DNA of 64,000 bases, taken from NCBI RefSeq assembly GCF_018350175.1, contig NC_058368.1:62126001-62190000 (forward strand), in the 5' to 3' direction. This document shows, piece by piece, positions 63,038-64,000 of the stretch. Position 1 is the stretch's first letter; each line of letters begins with the position of its first letter. The notes below the pieces were generated by a model. The model saw nothing but the letters and a program-made list of their open reading frames with translations. It had not been told where the DNA came from and did no database searches. This DNA is from Felis catus. Taxonomy: Eukaryota. The position numbers were made by a program, and so were the translations under genes.

Positions 63038-64000
63038 TCCCCTACTTGCAGTAAGAAGAATTAATGAGATCAGATACATAGGTCTAAAAAAATATACACA
63101 CAGAGAGGGTTCAAAGAGCATGTTTTCACAACATCTGCAGTGAGACTCTATAATCATGAGACAACTGAAAGGATCCATATGCTTTAAGTTCAACCACAAG
63201 CAAGTTAATTTTATAAGATGTGTATAAGGGCTTAAATGTTGGGACCATAGGTTAGTCAATAATGTGACAATGAACTTGATGAAAACTTGAAACTAATTTA
63301 GCTGTTCCCAAGGCTGCACATACTTTCTATTGTGTTGGAAAATGTTGTTTGACTGTATTACAGAGTGACCTATATGTTCATCCTTTAGAACAAGAAAGAT
63401 TGTAAGCAACTTGAAGAAACTGACAAAATGTCTACGGAAGAAAAGAGGATTTGGCAACCCAAATTATCCAGACTTGTCATGAACATTGATTTAATTCAAG
63501 TCTGTAATCACACAATAATAATCAAATAGAGAATTAAGGAATTATTTAGTCAATTTTACCAATCAGGATAATCCAAGACTAAATCCTTCTTGGTTTTCAA
63601 TAGCTTGAGAGGATTTTAGACATCTGTATTTTTCACATAATTGCCTGAATGCTTTCTTTAATTTTTTCTTAGTATTAGAAGCTGAACTTATCTTGCATCA
63701 AAATTTGCTTTCAAAGGTATGTAAAGAAATCTTTGTCATGGTAAAAGCGGTAAAATTAATACTTTTAAAATTAGTTCATGAAAGTATATCAGGGAAAAGC
63801 AAAGGGAGTTACACATGTGTTCCTTCTGGAATGATAGAGAAATATACATCTCCTTTCCTGCTGGTGCTAGAGAAATATTTTCCTATGAAACTTACCCTAT
63901 TTAGAATTTTATTTGATTAGTGGAAGATAAGTAACTACATTGTCTCATGCAAATTCAGAAAGTATAATGTGAGTGCTTGTGCATTTTAATTGGGAAAGTT

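Overview
AT-rich, repeat-dense mammalian genomic DNA, almost certainly from a cat (Felidae): it carries near-consensus SINEC_Fc-type CanSINEs and a feline-type L1. I see no intact protein-coding gene; the long ORFs are LINE-1 ORF1/ORF2 remnants, SINE sequence or simple repeats. Main contents: one near full-length but dead young L1 (~30244-35985, +), 19 tRNA-derived CanSINEs (three very young), older L1M, L2 and MIR fragments, MaLR/ERVL solo LTRs, two DNA-transposon remnants, microsatellites and a 35-nt 3'-truncated U2 snRNA retrocopy with target-site duplication. Points worth a second look are candidate non-coding exons with strong splice signals (1703-1896 minus, 7290-7570 plus), a perfect 30-bp AT-rich palindrome, a tail-less SINE, two opposite-strand insertions at the same TTT|AA site, an interleaved MaLR/L1 arrangement and a full-length L1 without a TSD. 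I found no convincing novel biological system. Repeat subfamily names come from recalled consensus sequences and need RepeatMasker/Dfam confirmation; boundaries of old repeats are approximate.
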